Source: an archaeon (lineage in GTDB: Archaea; Iainarchaeota; Iainarchaeia; Iainarchaeales; Iainarchaeaceae). From it: a stretch of 64,000 bases of DNA. A program made the position numbers and the translations under genes. Positions 27,752 through 37,914 of the stretch are shown in pieces (within the stretch, counting starts at the first letter, position 1; the number at the start of each line of letters is the position of its first letter). The notes under the pieces are model-generated. The model saw only the letters and a list, made by a program, of their open reading frames with translations, had not been told where the DNA came from and ran no database searches. The stretch covers positions 8,993-72,992 of the forward strand of contig JBBSVV010000003.1 of assembly GCA_038046625.1 (NCBI GenBank), written 5' to 3'.

Positions 27752-28120
27752 ATGGCGGATTTTTTTCTCCTGTTCTTCATTGCGGCATCACTGCTGCTTG
27801 CGGTGCTCGTGTTTTTTCTCATGAAAAGGCTCTCTTCCCTTGAGGGGGTGCTTTCAGAATTGAAGTTTTCAAAGTCCTCGCAGTCAGTGAAGTACGGCAA
27901 AATGACCGAACAGTTTGTTCCCTTTACAAAGGACTTTCCTTTCAATCCGGAAAATTTCCGTTTTCTCGGCAACCCGATTGACGGCATTGTTTTTGAGGAG
28001 AATAAAATAATTTTTGCGGAGTTCAAGGCCGGCTCCTCCCAGCTCTCTGAAAAGCAGAGGCGCGTGAAGGAACTCGTTGAAAAGAAGAAAGTAGAATGGT
28101 TCGAGCACCGCATCGAATAG
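27752..28120 (+). CDS. Membrane-anchored Holliday junction resolvase-like endonuclease
   Basis: N-terminal TM; GKMTEQFVPF, RFLGNPIDGIVF, FAEFKAG, LSEKQ. Confidence 0.88.
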   Translation: MADFFLLFFIAASLLLAVLVFFLMKRLSSLEGVLSELKFSKSSQSVKYGKMTEQFVPFTKDFPFNPENFRFLGNPIDGIVFEENKIIFAEFKAGSSQLSEKQRRVKELVEKKKVEWFEHRIE

Positions 28121-28125
28121 GCGGT

Positions 28126-29166
28126 TCACCACTTCATTTTGTATCTCAAAAGCGCCGCTATTCCGCCGATTCCAGCAATTTTTTTCCCCGCCTCGTTTTT
28201 TTCGTTCACGAAGTGTATTTTCCCGTTTAACCGTTCCACAAGTTCCAGAATTGTTTCCGTTTTTCCGCGGTTTGCGGTCATAAAGTTTTCCTCGACAATT
28301 ATTTCCTGTATTGCTCCCGCTTCCGCGGCTTTCTTCACTTCCTCGGGGCCTATTGCCGCGGCGCCGTTTTTTCCGAGTTCTGAAAAAAGTTTTTCAACGA
28401 CTATTTCCTCCTGCGCCGATTGGAAGTTCCGGACAAGCGCATCTATTTTGCCGCTTTTGATGAGCTCGTTGAGGCCGGTTATCCCCACAGAATTTGTTGA
28501 TTCAAAGCTGGCCGGCAGTTTTACTGATTTGTCCTTGAGGAATTTTTCAAAATTCTGCCTTTCAAATCCCGGGCCCGCAATTACCACTGCATTTGCGCCG
28601 AGTTCCGTGATTTTTTTGAGGAGTTCCTCAAAGTACGGTTTTCCTTTTTCGTTTTGCTGGAACCTCTTGCCTTCCTTGTTTGCGATGATCCTTGCCCTGG
28701 TTTCAAAGCCCGAATCCTTCAGGGAAGCCAGATCAGCGGCTTCGTCATCCATAACAACAATGAGAAGTTTTTTCCTTCCCGCGGTCTCTTTCGCTTTCTC
28801 GAGCCTTTCAATGTGGTAGTTCTTGATGCTTTTTTTCTTTATTTTGAGTGCGGTTCCGGGTTCTGCCTCAATTGTGTGGTGTGATTTCAGTTCCACGAGC
28901 TCTTCAGGCTTTGCCGAAACAACTATGCCCTGTATCCTGAGCTGGTTCGAGGGTTCGTGGAACTCAGCTTTTTCAACTTCTAATTCCACAAACACTTTTT
29001 GCTTGAACGCCTTTTCCCCTTCAGTTTTCGGCTTGATTTTCCTTTCGGAGCTGCCGCTGACCAGGTCGCCCTTCTCTATGAGCCTCTCCAAATGCCAGAG
29101 GTCGTCAAAAGAGTCAGGCACGACCTCGAAATAATTGTTTTTCCTGTCCACTTTTATTATTTTCAT
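28126..29166 (-). CDS. pelA: mRNA surveillance protein Pelota
   Basis: PDSFDDLWHL, HHTI, AGPGF, GGIAALLRY. Confidence 0.95.
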   Translation of the reverse strand: MKIIKVDRKNNYFEVVPDSFDDLWHLERLIEKGDLVSGSSERKIKPKTEGEKAFKQKVFVELEVEKAEFHEPSNQLRIQGIVVSAKPEELVELKSHHTIEAEPGTALKIKKKSIKNYHIERLEKAKETAGRKKLLIVVMDDEAADLASLKDSGFETRARIIANKEGKRFQQNEKGKPYFEELLKKITELGANAVVIAGPGFERQNFEKFLKDKSVKLPASFESTNSVGITGLNELIKSGKIDALVRNFQSAQEEIVVEKLFSELGKNGAAAIGPEEVKKAAEAGAIQEIIVEENFMTANRGKTETILELVERLNGKIHFVNEKNEAGKKIAGIGGIAALLRYKMKW

Positions 29167-29220
29167 ATTAACAGCAATTGCCTATAAAGTGTTAAAAACA
29201 CTTGGAAATCACTTCATTAC

Positions 29221-29260
29221 ATGACAAGAGTCGCTGTTCTCGAGAAGGACCGTTGCATCA
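29221..29260 (+). pseudogene. Duplicate 5' end of ABCE1 (MTRVAVLEKDRCI)
   Basis: 35/40 nt identical to 29430-29469, all five differences synonymous. Confidence 0.9.
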
Positions 29261-29364
29261 CAACAGTTTCGTCTGTTGGGTGCGAGTACTATCTCCTTGT
29301 ACCCGTAGGGTACGAGGCCTCGCAGAATCTTCTGATTCTGCAAGGTCGCTTGGGCTCGATAGTA
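29261..29364 (+). repeat. Two-hairpin dispersed element, copy E5, with nested module B
   Basis: caacag-tttcgt-ctgttg, ggtgcgag, tactatc...[module B]...gc-ttgg-gc-tc-gatagta. Confidence 0.85.
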
Positions 29365-29429
29365 AGTTTGGTTATGGGTGTGAGGCACGATACTTCGCAG
29401 TTGACCTGCTTTGCGTTTGGTGATGTGAA

Positions 29430-31208
29430 ATGACTCGAGTAGCTGTTCTGGAAAAGGACCGTTGCATCAATGGCACGGGCTGTGATTACATATGCGGCCA
29501 CGTGTGTCCAGTGAACCGCGCGGGAAAGGACTGCATTGTTCTAGATGAGGTTACAAACAAGCCCGTCATCAGCGAGGAGTTATGCATCGGCTGCAACATA
29601 TGCGTAATTAAATGCCCCGTGGATTGCATTTACATCGAGAACCTTGTCCAGGAACTGAACGAGAATCCTGTGCATCGCTTCGGCGAGAACGCGTTCAGGT
29701 TCTACAGGCTCCCCACAATAAGGAACGGAGAAGTAGTTGGGTTGATTGGCAGGAACGGAATAGGAAAAAGCACTATCCTGAAAATAATTTCTGGCCAGCT
29801 GGTTCCAAATTTGGGGGATTACAATTCAAAAGGCTCTTACGATTCGGTGATAAATTTTTTCAAGGGGAAGGAATTGCAGCGGCTTTTTTCCTCGCTGAAA
29901 GACAAGCGGATAAAGGTTTCTTACAAGCCGCAGAACATAACTGATTTGCCCAAGGCGGCGAAAGGCACTGTGCGCGAACTCCTGAAAAAAACCGATGAGC
30001 GCAAAAAACTTTCCGAGGTTTCGGAGTTGCTGGGCCTCGGAAAAATTTTGGACAGGGAACTCTCGCACTTGAGCGGAGGAGAATTGCAAAGGGTTGCGAT
30101 TGCCGCGGCCTCATTGAAGGATGCTGATTTGTATGCTTTTGATGAGCCAACTTCTTATTTGGATGTGAGGGAGCGCCTCAATGCCTCCAAGGTTTTGCGC
30201 GGTCTTGCGGAATCCGGAAAGGCGGTTGTTTTGATTGAGCATGACCTCGCGGTTCTTGATTACTTGAGCGATTATGTGCACCTTCTTTACGGAAAAAAAT
30301 CGGTTTACGGAATAGTTTCAAAGCCGAAGAGCGTTCGCAATGGCATTAACGAGTTTTTGGAGGGCTTTGTGAAGGATGAGAATGTTCGGTTCAGGAGCAC
30401 AGAGCTGAAATTTGAGGTCAAGCCTTCCACGGATTTCAGGAAAAAGAAAGTTATTGCTAGCTACCCGGAACTCAAAAAGTCCTTCAAGGGATTTTCCCTC
30501 GAGGCTGAGGCGGGGGATTTGCGCGAGGCCGAGGTTCTGGGAATAATGGGCCCCAATGCAATAGGCAAAACGACTTTCGTGAAGATGCTTGCCTCCGTTG
30601 AGAAGCCAGATTCAGGGAAGATTGATTTTTCCATGCATGTTTCCTACAAGCCACAGTACCTTGTGCCTGAAAAGGGCGTTACTGTTGGTGATTTTATTGA
30701 TTCTCAGGACCTTGATCTCTCGGTTTTCAAGAATGAGGTTGACCGAAGGTTGGCAATTACAGAGCTGGAAAATCACTTGCTTGAGGAATTGAGTGGCGGC
30801 GAGCTCCAGAAGATTGCTGTCGGAGTGGCGCTTTCGCGCACGAATTGCGAGCTCGTTCTTTTGGATGAACCAACCGCTTTTGTTGATGTTGAAGATAGGC
30901 TGAACATGGCTGATGCAATCCGTTCCGTAACAGATGCGAAAAAGAAGATTTGCATGGTTGTTGACCACGACATTTTGTTCCAGGATTATGTTTCTGACAG
31001 GTTGATGGTTTTTTCTGGCGAGCCCTCCGTGAAGGGCTTTGCGGGCGCCGCAATGTCAATGCATGACGGGATGAATTCTTTCCTCAAATCGGTTGGAATT
31101 TCTTTCAGGCGCGACCCGGAAAGTGGAAGGCCGCGTGCAAACAAGTTGCATTCGCAGCTCGACCAGGCGCAGAAGAAGAAAGGTGAGTATTACTATCTCG
31201 TGGATTGA
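29430..31208 (+). CDS. rli: Ribosome recycling ATPase ABCE1 (Rli1)
   Basis: N-terminal FeS cysteines, GRNGIGKS, LSGGELQ twice, GPNAIGKT, RRDPESGRPRANK. Confidence 0.97.
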   Translation: MTRVAVLEKDRCINGTGCDYICGHVCPVNRAGKDCIVLDEVTNKPVISEELCIGCNICVIKCPVDCIYIENLVQELNENPVHRFGENAFRFYRLPTIRNGEVVGLIGRNGIGKSTILKIISGQLVPNLGDYNSKGSYDSVINFFKGKELQRLFSSLKDKRIKVSYKPQNITDLPKAAKGTVRELLKKTDERKKLSEVSELLGLGKILDRELSHLSGGELQRVAIAAASLKDADLYAFDEPTSYLDVRERLNASKVLRGLAESGKAVVLIEHDLAVLDYLSDYVHLLYGKKSVYGIVSKPKSVRNGINEFLEGFVKDENVRFRSTELKFEVKPSTDFRKKKVIASYPELKKSFKGFSLEAEAGDLREAEVLGIMGPNAIGKTTFVKMLASVEKPDSGKIDFSMHVSYKPQYLVPEKGVTVGDFIDSQDLDLSVFKNEVDRRLAITELENHLLEELSGGELQKIAVGVALSRTNCELVLLDEPTAFVDVEDRLNMADAIRSVTDAKKKICMVVDHDILFQDYVSDRLMVFSGEPSVKGFAGAAMSMHDGMNSFLKSVGISFRRDPESGRPRANKLHSQLDQAQKKKGEYYYLVD

Positions 31209-31260
31209 ATTTTTTCTGTTTTGCTTCAGCATTTAAACCTTTCAATGGACAATCACTTTT

Positions 31261-32679
31261 ATGTGCTCAATTGCAGGAGTTTATTCTAGGAAGGGCAAAA
31301 GCGTTTCCAAAGAGGCTTTAACTCTTCTTTCGGCTTTGAGGCACCGGGGCCCGGAAGCCTTTGGCGTTGCTTCTTCCAAGGGGGCTTTTACCTCGAAAAA
31401 TTTTTCTTCGCTCACAATTCCTGAAAGCCCCTTCATTCTTGGGCATTGCCTCCTTTCCACAACAGGCTATTTGGAGCAGCCCGTCACTGTGGGAAATGTT
31501 TCAGTTGCCCACAATGGTCAGGTTTACAATTACCGGGAATTGTTTCCTGAAAACAAATTTGCATCAGATGCGGAGGCTATCGCGCTTTTCCTGGTGAGGG
31601 CTCTTCGCAAAAAAAGCGTTTTGTTTGCGGTAAAGGAGTTCATGCGCAAAGCTATCGGCGAGTATGCCATTGCATTCCTTTACAGGGGAAAATTGTATGC
31701 GTTCCGCGATTTTATCGGGGTTAAGCCGCTCTGGTTTGGCTCGAATGAGTCCGTTCATGCTTTTGCTTCCGAGCCTTCCGCATTGATGAAGATTGACATC
31801 CAGTTTCCACAGCCTTTGCTTCCGGGTCATTTGCTTGTTGTTTCGCAGAAGGGCACAAGAACCTCGAAGGTTTTTGATTTGAGCGATTTCAGGAAAAGCG
31901 TGCCCCACAATTTTTCGCAGGAGCGCCTTGCTTCCGAATTTGACAGAACAATAAAGCTCCAGACTGCCGGAATAAGCAGGGCTGCTGTTCTGTTCAGCGG
32001 CGGCGTTGATTCTTCTCTCATTGCAAAGGCTGTTTCGAATGAACTCGAAAGAACCGAATTGTTTGTTGCTGGCACTCCTGAGAGCAATGATATTTCTTTT
32101 GCGGAGAGGGTTGCTCCAGAGCTCGGACTTCAGCTGCATAAAATTTACCTTGACGAGAAAAAAATCGAGTCGCTTGCTTTCCGCGCAATGAAAGCGCTTT
32201 CCTTTTTCGACGAGATGCAGCTTGGAATTGGTATTCCTGAGCTGGCTTGTTCAGAGGCCATAATGAAAAAGGGTTTTAAGGCCGTGTTTTCCGGGCAGGG
32301 CAGTGACGAGATTTTTGCGGGCTACATGAATTATGCGCGTATCCTCGCCGAGAAGGATTTCAAAGCGGTTGATGATGAAATCTGGTTTTTGCTTTCCAGG
32401 ATGTGGAGCAGGAATTTTTTCAGGGATGATGCCATGGTTTCCGCAAATTCGCTTGAATTGCGCGTTCCTTTCGTTTCAACTAATTTTTTGTGCGAGGCAA
32501 TGGCTTTTCCCGCGAAGGAAAAAATCTTGGCTCCTGATGATAAATTGAGGAAGCATCCTGTAAGGGCTTTGGCTGTGAAATATGGGCTGCCTGAATTCGT
32601 TACGCTGAGGCCGAAGAAGGCGATGCAGTACGGTTCCGGCGTGCAAAAAATAGTTTCAAGGCTCTTCCAAAAAACTTAG
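31261..32679 (+). CDS. asnB: Asparagine synthetase B-like amidotransferase
   Basis: N-terminal MCSIAG, HRGP, HNGQVYN, FSGGVDSS, SGQGSDEIFAGY, KKAMQYGSG. Confidence 0.9.
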   Translation: MCSIAGVYSRKGKSVSKEALTLLSALRHRGPEAFGVASSKGAFTSKNFSSLTIPESPFILGHCLLSTTGYLEQPVTVGNVSVAHNGQVYNYRELFPENKFASDAEAIALFLVRALRKKSVLFAVKEFMRKAIGEYAIAFLYRGKLYAFRDFIGVKPLWFGSNESVHAFASEPSALMKIDIQFPQPLLPGHLLVVSQKGTRTSKVFDLSDFRKSVPHNFSQERLASEFDRTIKLQTAGISRAAVLFSGGVDSSLIAKAVSNELERTELFVAGTPESNDISFAERVAPELGLQLHKIYLDEKKIESLAFRAMKALSFFDEMQLGIGIPELACSEAIMKKGFKAVFSGQGSDEIFAGYMNYARILAEKDFKAVDDEIWFLLSRMWSRNFFRDDAMVSANSLELRVPFVSTNFLCEAMAFPAKEKILAPDDKLRKHPVRALAVKYGLPEFVTLRPKKAMQYGSGVQKIVSRLFQKT

Positions 32680-33191
32680 GTGCAGGAGTAGCTTGGCTGC
32701 TCCGTGCATCCGGAGATTCCGTCTCTTACGCTGCAACTCGGTGGAGAGCCTGAACTTAGTGCTTCCTTTTGGAAGCTGAACTGCCTTGTTTCCTTAACCA
32801 TTACTCCGTTTATTCCTGTGGTGCATTGGACATATCCTTGTGCGGTTAGTTGTCCCTGGTTAAAACTTGGGTTGCTTGTGTTTCCTGAGGCATCAACGAA
32901 CGTGCAGCCCATATTTCCTGCAATTGAATTGAAATATTCTTGCACCTTCGCTGTGCTGTTTGGGTTGCATGCTGGGTTCAGCACGTCATAATATCCGTCG
33001 CTTGTCGCCTTGTCAAGCAGCCTTATCACGTTGTCCGTTTTTATCGCGTTTTCGCGCGCCGCCTGCATTGTGAGGAATGAATTTCCTGAGCTCTCGGATA
33101 TTATGGCGTTGCTTAGCGCGAAAATAACCAGTGCTATCGCTGCGGTAGCTATTATTGCGGTTGCTGTCCCCTTTACCCCAATTTTTCGCAT
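32676..33191 (-). CDS. Pilin-like protein (class III signal peptide)
   Basis: MRKIGVKG followed by a hydrophobic helix; paired cysteines. Confidence 0.7.
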   Translation of the reverse strand: MRKIGVKGTATAIIATAAIALVIFALSNAIISESSGNSFLTMQAARENAIKTDNVIRLLDKATSDGYYDVLNPACNPNSTAKVQEYFNSIAGNMGCTFVDASGNTSNPSFNQGQLTAQGYVQCTTGINGVMVKETRQFSFQKEALSSGSPPSCSVRDGISGCTEQPSYSCT

Positions 33192-33469
33192 TTCTTCACC
33201 CCGTCAGCCAGTGCCCCGTTGTTGCCGTATTTTTTTATTTCACTGCAGTTTGCCTTCAAGGCTTCCGGAGGCGTAGTGTCGGCACCTGTGTCATTCTGGT
33301 AGAACGCCACCAGTGCCTTGTCTGATGCTTTCGTGTAAAGTATGGCCTGCTGCGTTCCTTCTTTTGAGCCCCCGAGGGACGTGAGTGTGATTGCGGAGAA
33401 CAGCACTATCGTGATTGAGAGCGCGAGCGCCGCATCGGTGCTGAATATTATTCCCTTTTTCATTTCCAT
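33173..33469 (-). CDS. Minor pilin-like protein
   Basis: MEMKKG/IIFSTDAALAL. Confidence 0.8.
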   Translation of the reverse strand: MEMKKGIIFSTDAALALSITIVLFSAITLTSLGGSKEGTQQAILYTKASDKALVAFYQNDTGADTTPPEALKANCSEIKKYGNNGALADGVKKCEKLG

Positions 33470-33984
33470 ATTGCCACCTGTAAAACTTTTTTTGCTGGGC
33501 AGATTGCAGGGTTCCCGTTCACGCATTTTTCGTATGTTGTTTTGTCTATTGTTCCGCCTGCGGGGCTGACGAAGTTCCTTTGAATGCTCGTGACATCCTG
33601 TTCCCCGGCTGCCTGGCTGCATTGCCCCATTTGCAGGCTGTTCGAGCCGTCCGGATCGGAAGACCTCACATTGCAGTTTATTCCTTCAGGAATCATCAGG
33701 TCTTGTTTTGTGGCGCCTTGAATGGCGGTGTTGGCATTTGAGCAGCCTTCAAGGCTGTAGCCTTGTGTTTCAAAACCTGTGGGTGTGCACGGCGAATTTT
33801 CAAGTGCCAGGTTGCTTGCCGTGAGTGCTATTGCGTTGAGTTCCGCCTGCACGGAATTTTCTTTTGCCTCGTTGCTTGAGTAATCATAGAAATTCAGGAG
33901 CATCCCCATTGCCAGCACTATCAGCGCCGCGGCTATAACAAAGTCAATGGAAAATATTTGCCCTTTTTCTTTTCCAGATTTCAT
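33460..33984 (-). CDS. Minor pilin-like protein
   Basis: KEKG/QIFSIDFVIA. Confidence 0.82.
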   Translation of the reverse strand: MKSGKEKGQIFSIDFVIAAALIVLAMGMLLNFYDYSSNEAKENSVQAELNAIALTASNLALENSPCTPTGFETQGYSLEGCSNANTAIQGATKQDLMIPEGINCNVRSSDPDGSNSLQMGQCSQAAGEQDVTSIQRNFVSPAGGTIDKTTYEKCVNGNPAICPAKKVLQVAIWK

Positions 33985-34421
33985 GGCGTTATTACCTTTT
34001 GTATTGTCACTGTGCTGCCGCAACTGAATGAAGCGGGCAGGTTCATTTCGTTTATTTGCATGTCACTGAGACCCAAACCGGAGTACATCTCCTGAATCGT
34101 GCTGCCGTCCGGCCGTACCGAGCTTGCAGTTATTGAAGTTTGTGTCACTGTTATGGTGCAGTTCTGCGGGTTCTTGTTTCCCGCGTTTTTGATTGTGGGC
34201 GAGGCGTAGGTTATTTCCTGTCCAAATGCTTTTGCCGCGCCGATTGTGGCGTATGCATCAATGAGTATTGCCTTGAGGCTGTTTCTTGTCGTTGCTTCGC
34301 CTGTTTTTTCCTGGAAACCGCCAGTAAACACAAGGAGGCCCGCAAAAAGCATGAGTATCGCAATGAACGCAAACATCAAATCCAGACTAACCTGCCCTTT
34401 CCGCATCCATTCATTAAGCAT
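33981..34421 (-). CDS. Minor pilin-like protein
   Basis: RKG/QVSLDLMFA. Confidence 0.82.
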   Translation of the reverse strand: MLNEWMRKGQVSLDLMFAFIAILMLFAGLLVFTGGFQEKTGEATTRNSLKAILIDAYATIGAAKAFGQEITYASPTIKNAGNKNPQNCTITVTQTSITASSVRPDGSTIQEMYSGLGLSDMQINEMNLPASFSCGSTVTIQKVITP

Positions 34422-34444
34422 TTTACATGTTATTAAAATTAGCG

Positions 34445-35959
34445 TTAAAATAACGGCTTGCCCGTCATTTCCCTGGGTTTTGCGATGCCCATTATTTTGA
34501 GTATTGTTGGCGCGACATCAATGAGCTGGCCTTTCCTGAGTTTGGCTTTTGAAAGGCTCTTCTCATTTGAAACAAGGATAAGCGGAACAGGGTTTGTAGT
34601 GTGGCTGGCTTTCGGCTTTCCGTCCGGGTATTTTGTTTCCTCCGCATTCCCGTGGTCCGATGTGATTATTAGCGTATAATTGTTTTTTTTCGCTGCCTTA
34701 GCAACCCTTCCGAGGCATTCATCCACTTTTTCAACGGCCCTGACTATTGCCTTGTGGTTTGAGGAATGCCCGACCAAATCCGCATTGGCGAAATTTATTA
34801 GCATGAATCCGTATTTGTTTTTCGCGATTTGTTTCACCGCGTTCTGCGTGATTCCTTCGGCCGACATTTCTGGCGTCTTGTCGTACGAATCGACTTTTTC
34901 CGAAGGCACCATGATTCTGTCCTCGCCCTTGAATGGCTTTTCCACCTGTGAATTGAAGAAGTAAGTAACGTGCGGGTACTTGTCGGTTTCCGCTATGCGC
35001 AGCTGCTTCATGCCTTTTTTGGAAATGTTTTCCCCGAGGTTGTTGCCCGGCACCACGTCACGGAACAGTATTGGGCAATCAACCTTCTTGTCGTATTTTG
35101 TCATTGTTGCCAAGAACGCTTTAGGCTGTTTTTTCCTTTTGAATCCCGAAAATTTTTTGAGGTGCAGTGCCCTCACTATCTGCCTCATCCTGTCGGTCCT
35201 GAAGTTGAAGTCAATGACAACATCGTTGTCCTCTATAAAGCATTTTTCGCCTATGCTCATTGCCGGCAGGTAATAATCGCTTCTCGCGCCCTTTGAGTAA
35301 GCATAATGTATCGCCTTTTGCGTTGTCGGGAAATTTTTTCCTTCTCCTTCCGTTATCAAATAATAGAATTTTTGCGTGCGGTTCCAGTTGTTGTCCCTGT
35401 CCATTGCGTAGAACCTTCCGCAGATGCCCGCAACCCTTCCGCCGTATTTTTTGCACCACCCATTGATTTGTTCCGCGTATTTTTCCGCGGTTTTTATTCC
35501 CACGTCGCGGCCGTCTGCTACAAAATGCAAAACCATTTTTCCGCCGAGTTTTTTGGAGTGCATGAATTCCATTATTGCCCTGAGGTGGTTCACGTGGCTG
35601 TGTATTCCGCCGTCGCTGCACAGGCCGATAAGGTGTATGTGTTTCGCTTTTTTTGCCTTTTCTGCGGCTTTTGCGAGCGTTTTGTTCCTGAAAAAGCTTT
35701 TGTCAGCTATGGAGTTGTTTATCCTGTCAAGCGGCTGCCGCACTATTCTTCCCGCGCCCATGTGGAGGTGCCCGACTTCGGAGTTTCCCTGGCTTCCTTT
35801 CGGCAGGCCGACGCATTCTCCGCTGGCACAGAGGCTTGTGTGCGGGCAGTTTTTCCACAACGAATCATAATTCGGTTTTTTTGCTTCGGCAATTGCGTTG
35901 TATTTTTTTTCCCTGCGCAGCCCGAAGCCATCAATCACAATCAGAATAAGTTTCTTCAT
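34445..35959 (-). CDS. gpmI: 2,3-BPG-independent phosphoglycerate mutase
   Basis: IDGFG, GNSEVGH, GRFYAMDRD, NFRTDR, NADLVGH, SDHGNAE. Confidence 0.97.
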   Translation of the reverse strand: MKKLILIVIDGFGLRREKKYNAIAEAKKPNYDSLWKNCPHTSLCASGECVGLPKGSQGNSEVGHLHMGAGRIVRQPLDRINNSIADKSFFRNKTLAKAAEKAKKAKHIHLIGLCSDGGIHSHVNHLRAIMEFMHSKKLGGKMVLHFVADGRDVGIKTAEKYAEQINGWCKKYGGRVAGICGRFYAMDRDNNWNRTQKFYYLITEGEGKNFPTTQKAIHYAYSKGARSDYYLPAMSIGEKCFIEDNDVVIDFNFRTDRMRQIVRALHLKKFSGFKRKKQPKAFLATMTKYDKKVDCPILFRDVVPGNNLGENISKKGMKQLRIAETDKYPHVTYFFNSQVEKPFKGEDRIMVPSEKVDSYDKTPEMSAEGITQNAVKQIAKNKYGFMLINFANADLVGHSSNHKAIVRAVEKVDECLGRVAKAAKKNNYTLIITSDHGNAEETKYPDGKPKASHTTNPVPLILVSNEKSLSKAKLRKGQLIDVAPTILKIMGIAKPREMTGKPLF

Positions 35960-36318
35960 TCTATCACTTTGAGCCGGACTGTTTTTCCATTATTATCAAA
36001 AGCCCTGATTGTATTTAAATCGTAGGGATAGCTGATGATGATGTGCACTTTTCCGAACTTCCTGAACGACTCCAGGTCGGCTTCGGAAGGGTGGTTGTAT
36101 ATTGAGGGGTGCGAGTGCATTGTCCCTATTATTTCGCGGTCGAAAGGTATCAGGTCTGCGCTGTAGCTTGCAAATCCATCCCCGAAAATTGCGGGCACAA
36201 CCACGAACTCCTCTATTGTGCCACCTTTTTCCCCGAGCAGGCAGAAAAATTCATTAGGGTAAACATTTTTTGATGCCCGGAGAAGCGACTCTATAAGCCC
36301 TTTTTTGATTGAGCGCAT
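35956..36318 (-). CDS. JAB/MPN (Mov34) metalloprotease
   Basis: YPNE, GTMHSHP, PSEADL. Confidence 0.92.
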   Translation of the reverse strand: MRSIKKGLIESLLRASKNVYPNEFFCLLGEKGGTIEEFVVVPAIFGDGFASYSADLIPFDREIIGTMHSHPSIYNHPSEADLESFRKFGKVHIIISYPYDLNTIRAFDNNGKTVRLKVIE

Positions 36319-36343
36319 CCATGAATTGGTTGCTTCTTTGTCC

Positions 36344-37540
36344 TTAAAAACCGAACCCGCCGTAAATCAGGAGCGTCGGCACAATGAGGAAAGCCATGAA
36401 GTTGCTCCTCCTTATTCCCGCCTTTATTCCCGCGATTGCGATGCATGAGGCGCTCAGCATTGCGACAACACCCCATATTCCTGAAAACCAGAGTGAGAGC
36501 AGAAAAAGAAAAGCAAGTATTGCGGTGCTTGCTTTCGGGTAATTTATTTTCTGCACCGCGTCTATAGACACTTCCGAGATTTTTTGCGCGGCAATTGCCG
36601 CGATTCCGAGCGAGGCAACGGAGGCCGCAACAAGAACCAGGAACGTGTGCAAATCTGTATGCACTATCTGCTTCAGCGCAACCGCCATTCCTGTCCGCGT
36701 TTTTTCGATTGTGAAGAACGCCACTATGCTAGCAATGAGGTTCCCCGTGTTCACGCCGCCTATTATTGTGAGGTATTCCCTTGAGCTTAATTTCCCCTTC
36801 AGTTTTTTTGCGATGAATGCCGCCTGGCTTGGGCCTATTGCAGGCACAAGTGAAACGAACGCAGAAATCAGTGCTCCGAGTGCCGCTGCGCCCGTTCTTG
36901 CCCGCGCCTTAAGTTTTTTCGCCTGTTCAGGAATGCCATTCTTGTGTGCCATGGCCTCGAGCAGTGAGGGCACTGCAAAGAATCCTGTTACGAGCGGGAG
37001 TATGGGGTTTTGCATTGCCGATGAAAGCACAACAATTCCCAGGATTCCGGAGAGGGCCATTGTTGCGATTGTTTCTTTCCTGTTTTTTTCGCTGAATATC
37101 ATGCCGATTGCAACGAACAGTATTATCGCGGGTATTGCGGTTGAAAAGTACTGCGAGTAATTTGTTATGAGCGAGTACATGAATGGCATGAGGATTATTA
37201 CGAGCGTTCCGGTTGCGATGCCGCCGAATATTGTGTGGCCTATTGCTTCCATTGCCTTTCCCTTGAGGAGCATTTTGTGCCCCGGGAGTATTGATTCCGC
37301 CATGTCGCTTGATGGTGCGCCGAAGAGGATGCTTGGGATTGCGTCAAGGAATGAATGCGTTATCGCCATTGAAACAACGAATATTGCGAATCCTGTTGTG
37401 CGGTTTTCCGGAAACGAGAGTGCAACGAGGGCTATTGTGTTTGCGTGTATGCCCGGCGCCAGCCCCGTGAATATCCCAGCAATTGTTCCGGCGAAAAGAA
37501 GGGCGAGTTCCTCAATCAATTTCCTCAACCCTTTTGACAA
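36344..37540 (-). CDS. TctA family membrane protein
   Basis: GIFTGLAPGIHAN, IPSILFGAP, LPGHKMLLKG; start uncertain. Confidence 0.88.
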   Translation of the reverse strand: MSKGLRKLIEELALLFAGTIAGIFTGLAPGIHANTIALVALSFPENRTTGFAIFVVSMAITHSFLDAIPSILFGAPSSDMAESILPGHKMLLKGKAMEAIGHTIFGGIATGTLVIILMPFMYSLITNYSQYFSTAIPAIILFVAIGMIFSEKNRKETIATMALSGILGIVVLSSAMQNPILPLVTGFFAVPSLLEAMAHKNGIPEQAKKLKARARTGAAALGALISAFVSLVPAIGPSQAAFIAKKLKGKLSSREYLTIIGGVNTGNLIASIVAFFTIEKTRTGMAVALKQIVHTDLHTFLVLVAASVASLGIAAIAAQKISEVSIDAVQKINYPKASTAILAFLFLLSLWFSGIWGVVAMLSASCIAIAGIKAGIRRSNFMAFLIVPTLLIYGGFGF

Positions 37541-37868
37541 TTATTTCAAGTTTCTCGTTGTACCTCGTTATTTGTCCCGTTGCCTTCACCGCGCTCCCGT
37601 TTTTGAGAATTGAGGCTTGCTCGAGAGTTGGAGAAAAATAGGCCGCGCTTATTATGCCGTTGTTTTCGAGATCGAAGAACGCGTTTCCCGAGCTGATTTT
37701 GAGGTTCGCAATGCTTCCTGACAATGAAACTTTTTCGCCGATTGAGGATTCGTTTATTGCTGCTATTTCAACCTGCCTTTCCTCGGGCAGGAGCAGAATC
37801 AGTGCCGTGATGCCGATTATTGCGAGTATGTACGCGATTTTTTTGGTGTCCGCGAGGTCCAGGTGCAT
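37512..37868 (-). CDS. Membrane-anchored OB-fold protein
   Basis: TM helix, then VSLSGSI...VKATGQITRYNEKLEI. Confidence 0.8.
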   Translation of the reverse strand: MHLDLADTKKIAYILAIIGITALILLLPEERQVEIAAINESSIGEKVSLSGSIANLKISSGNAFFDLENNGIISAAYFSPTLEQASILKNGSAVKATGQITRYNEKLEIIVKRVEEID

Positions 37869-37914
37869 TATTTAAGGTAAAACAAAAAACAATAAAAATA
37901 CGTCGATTGACGAA

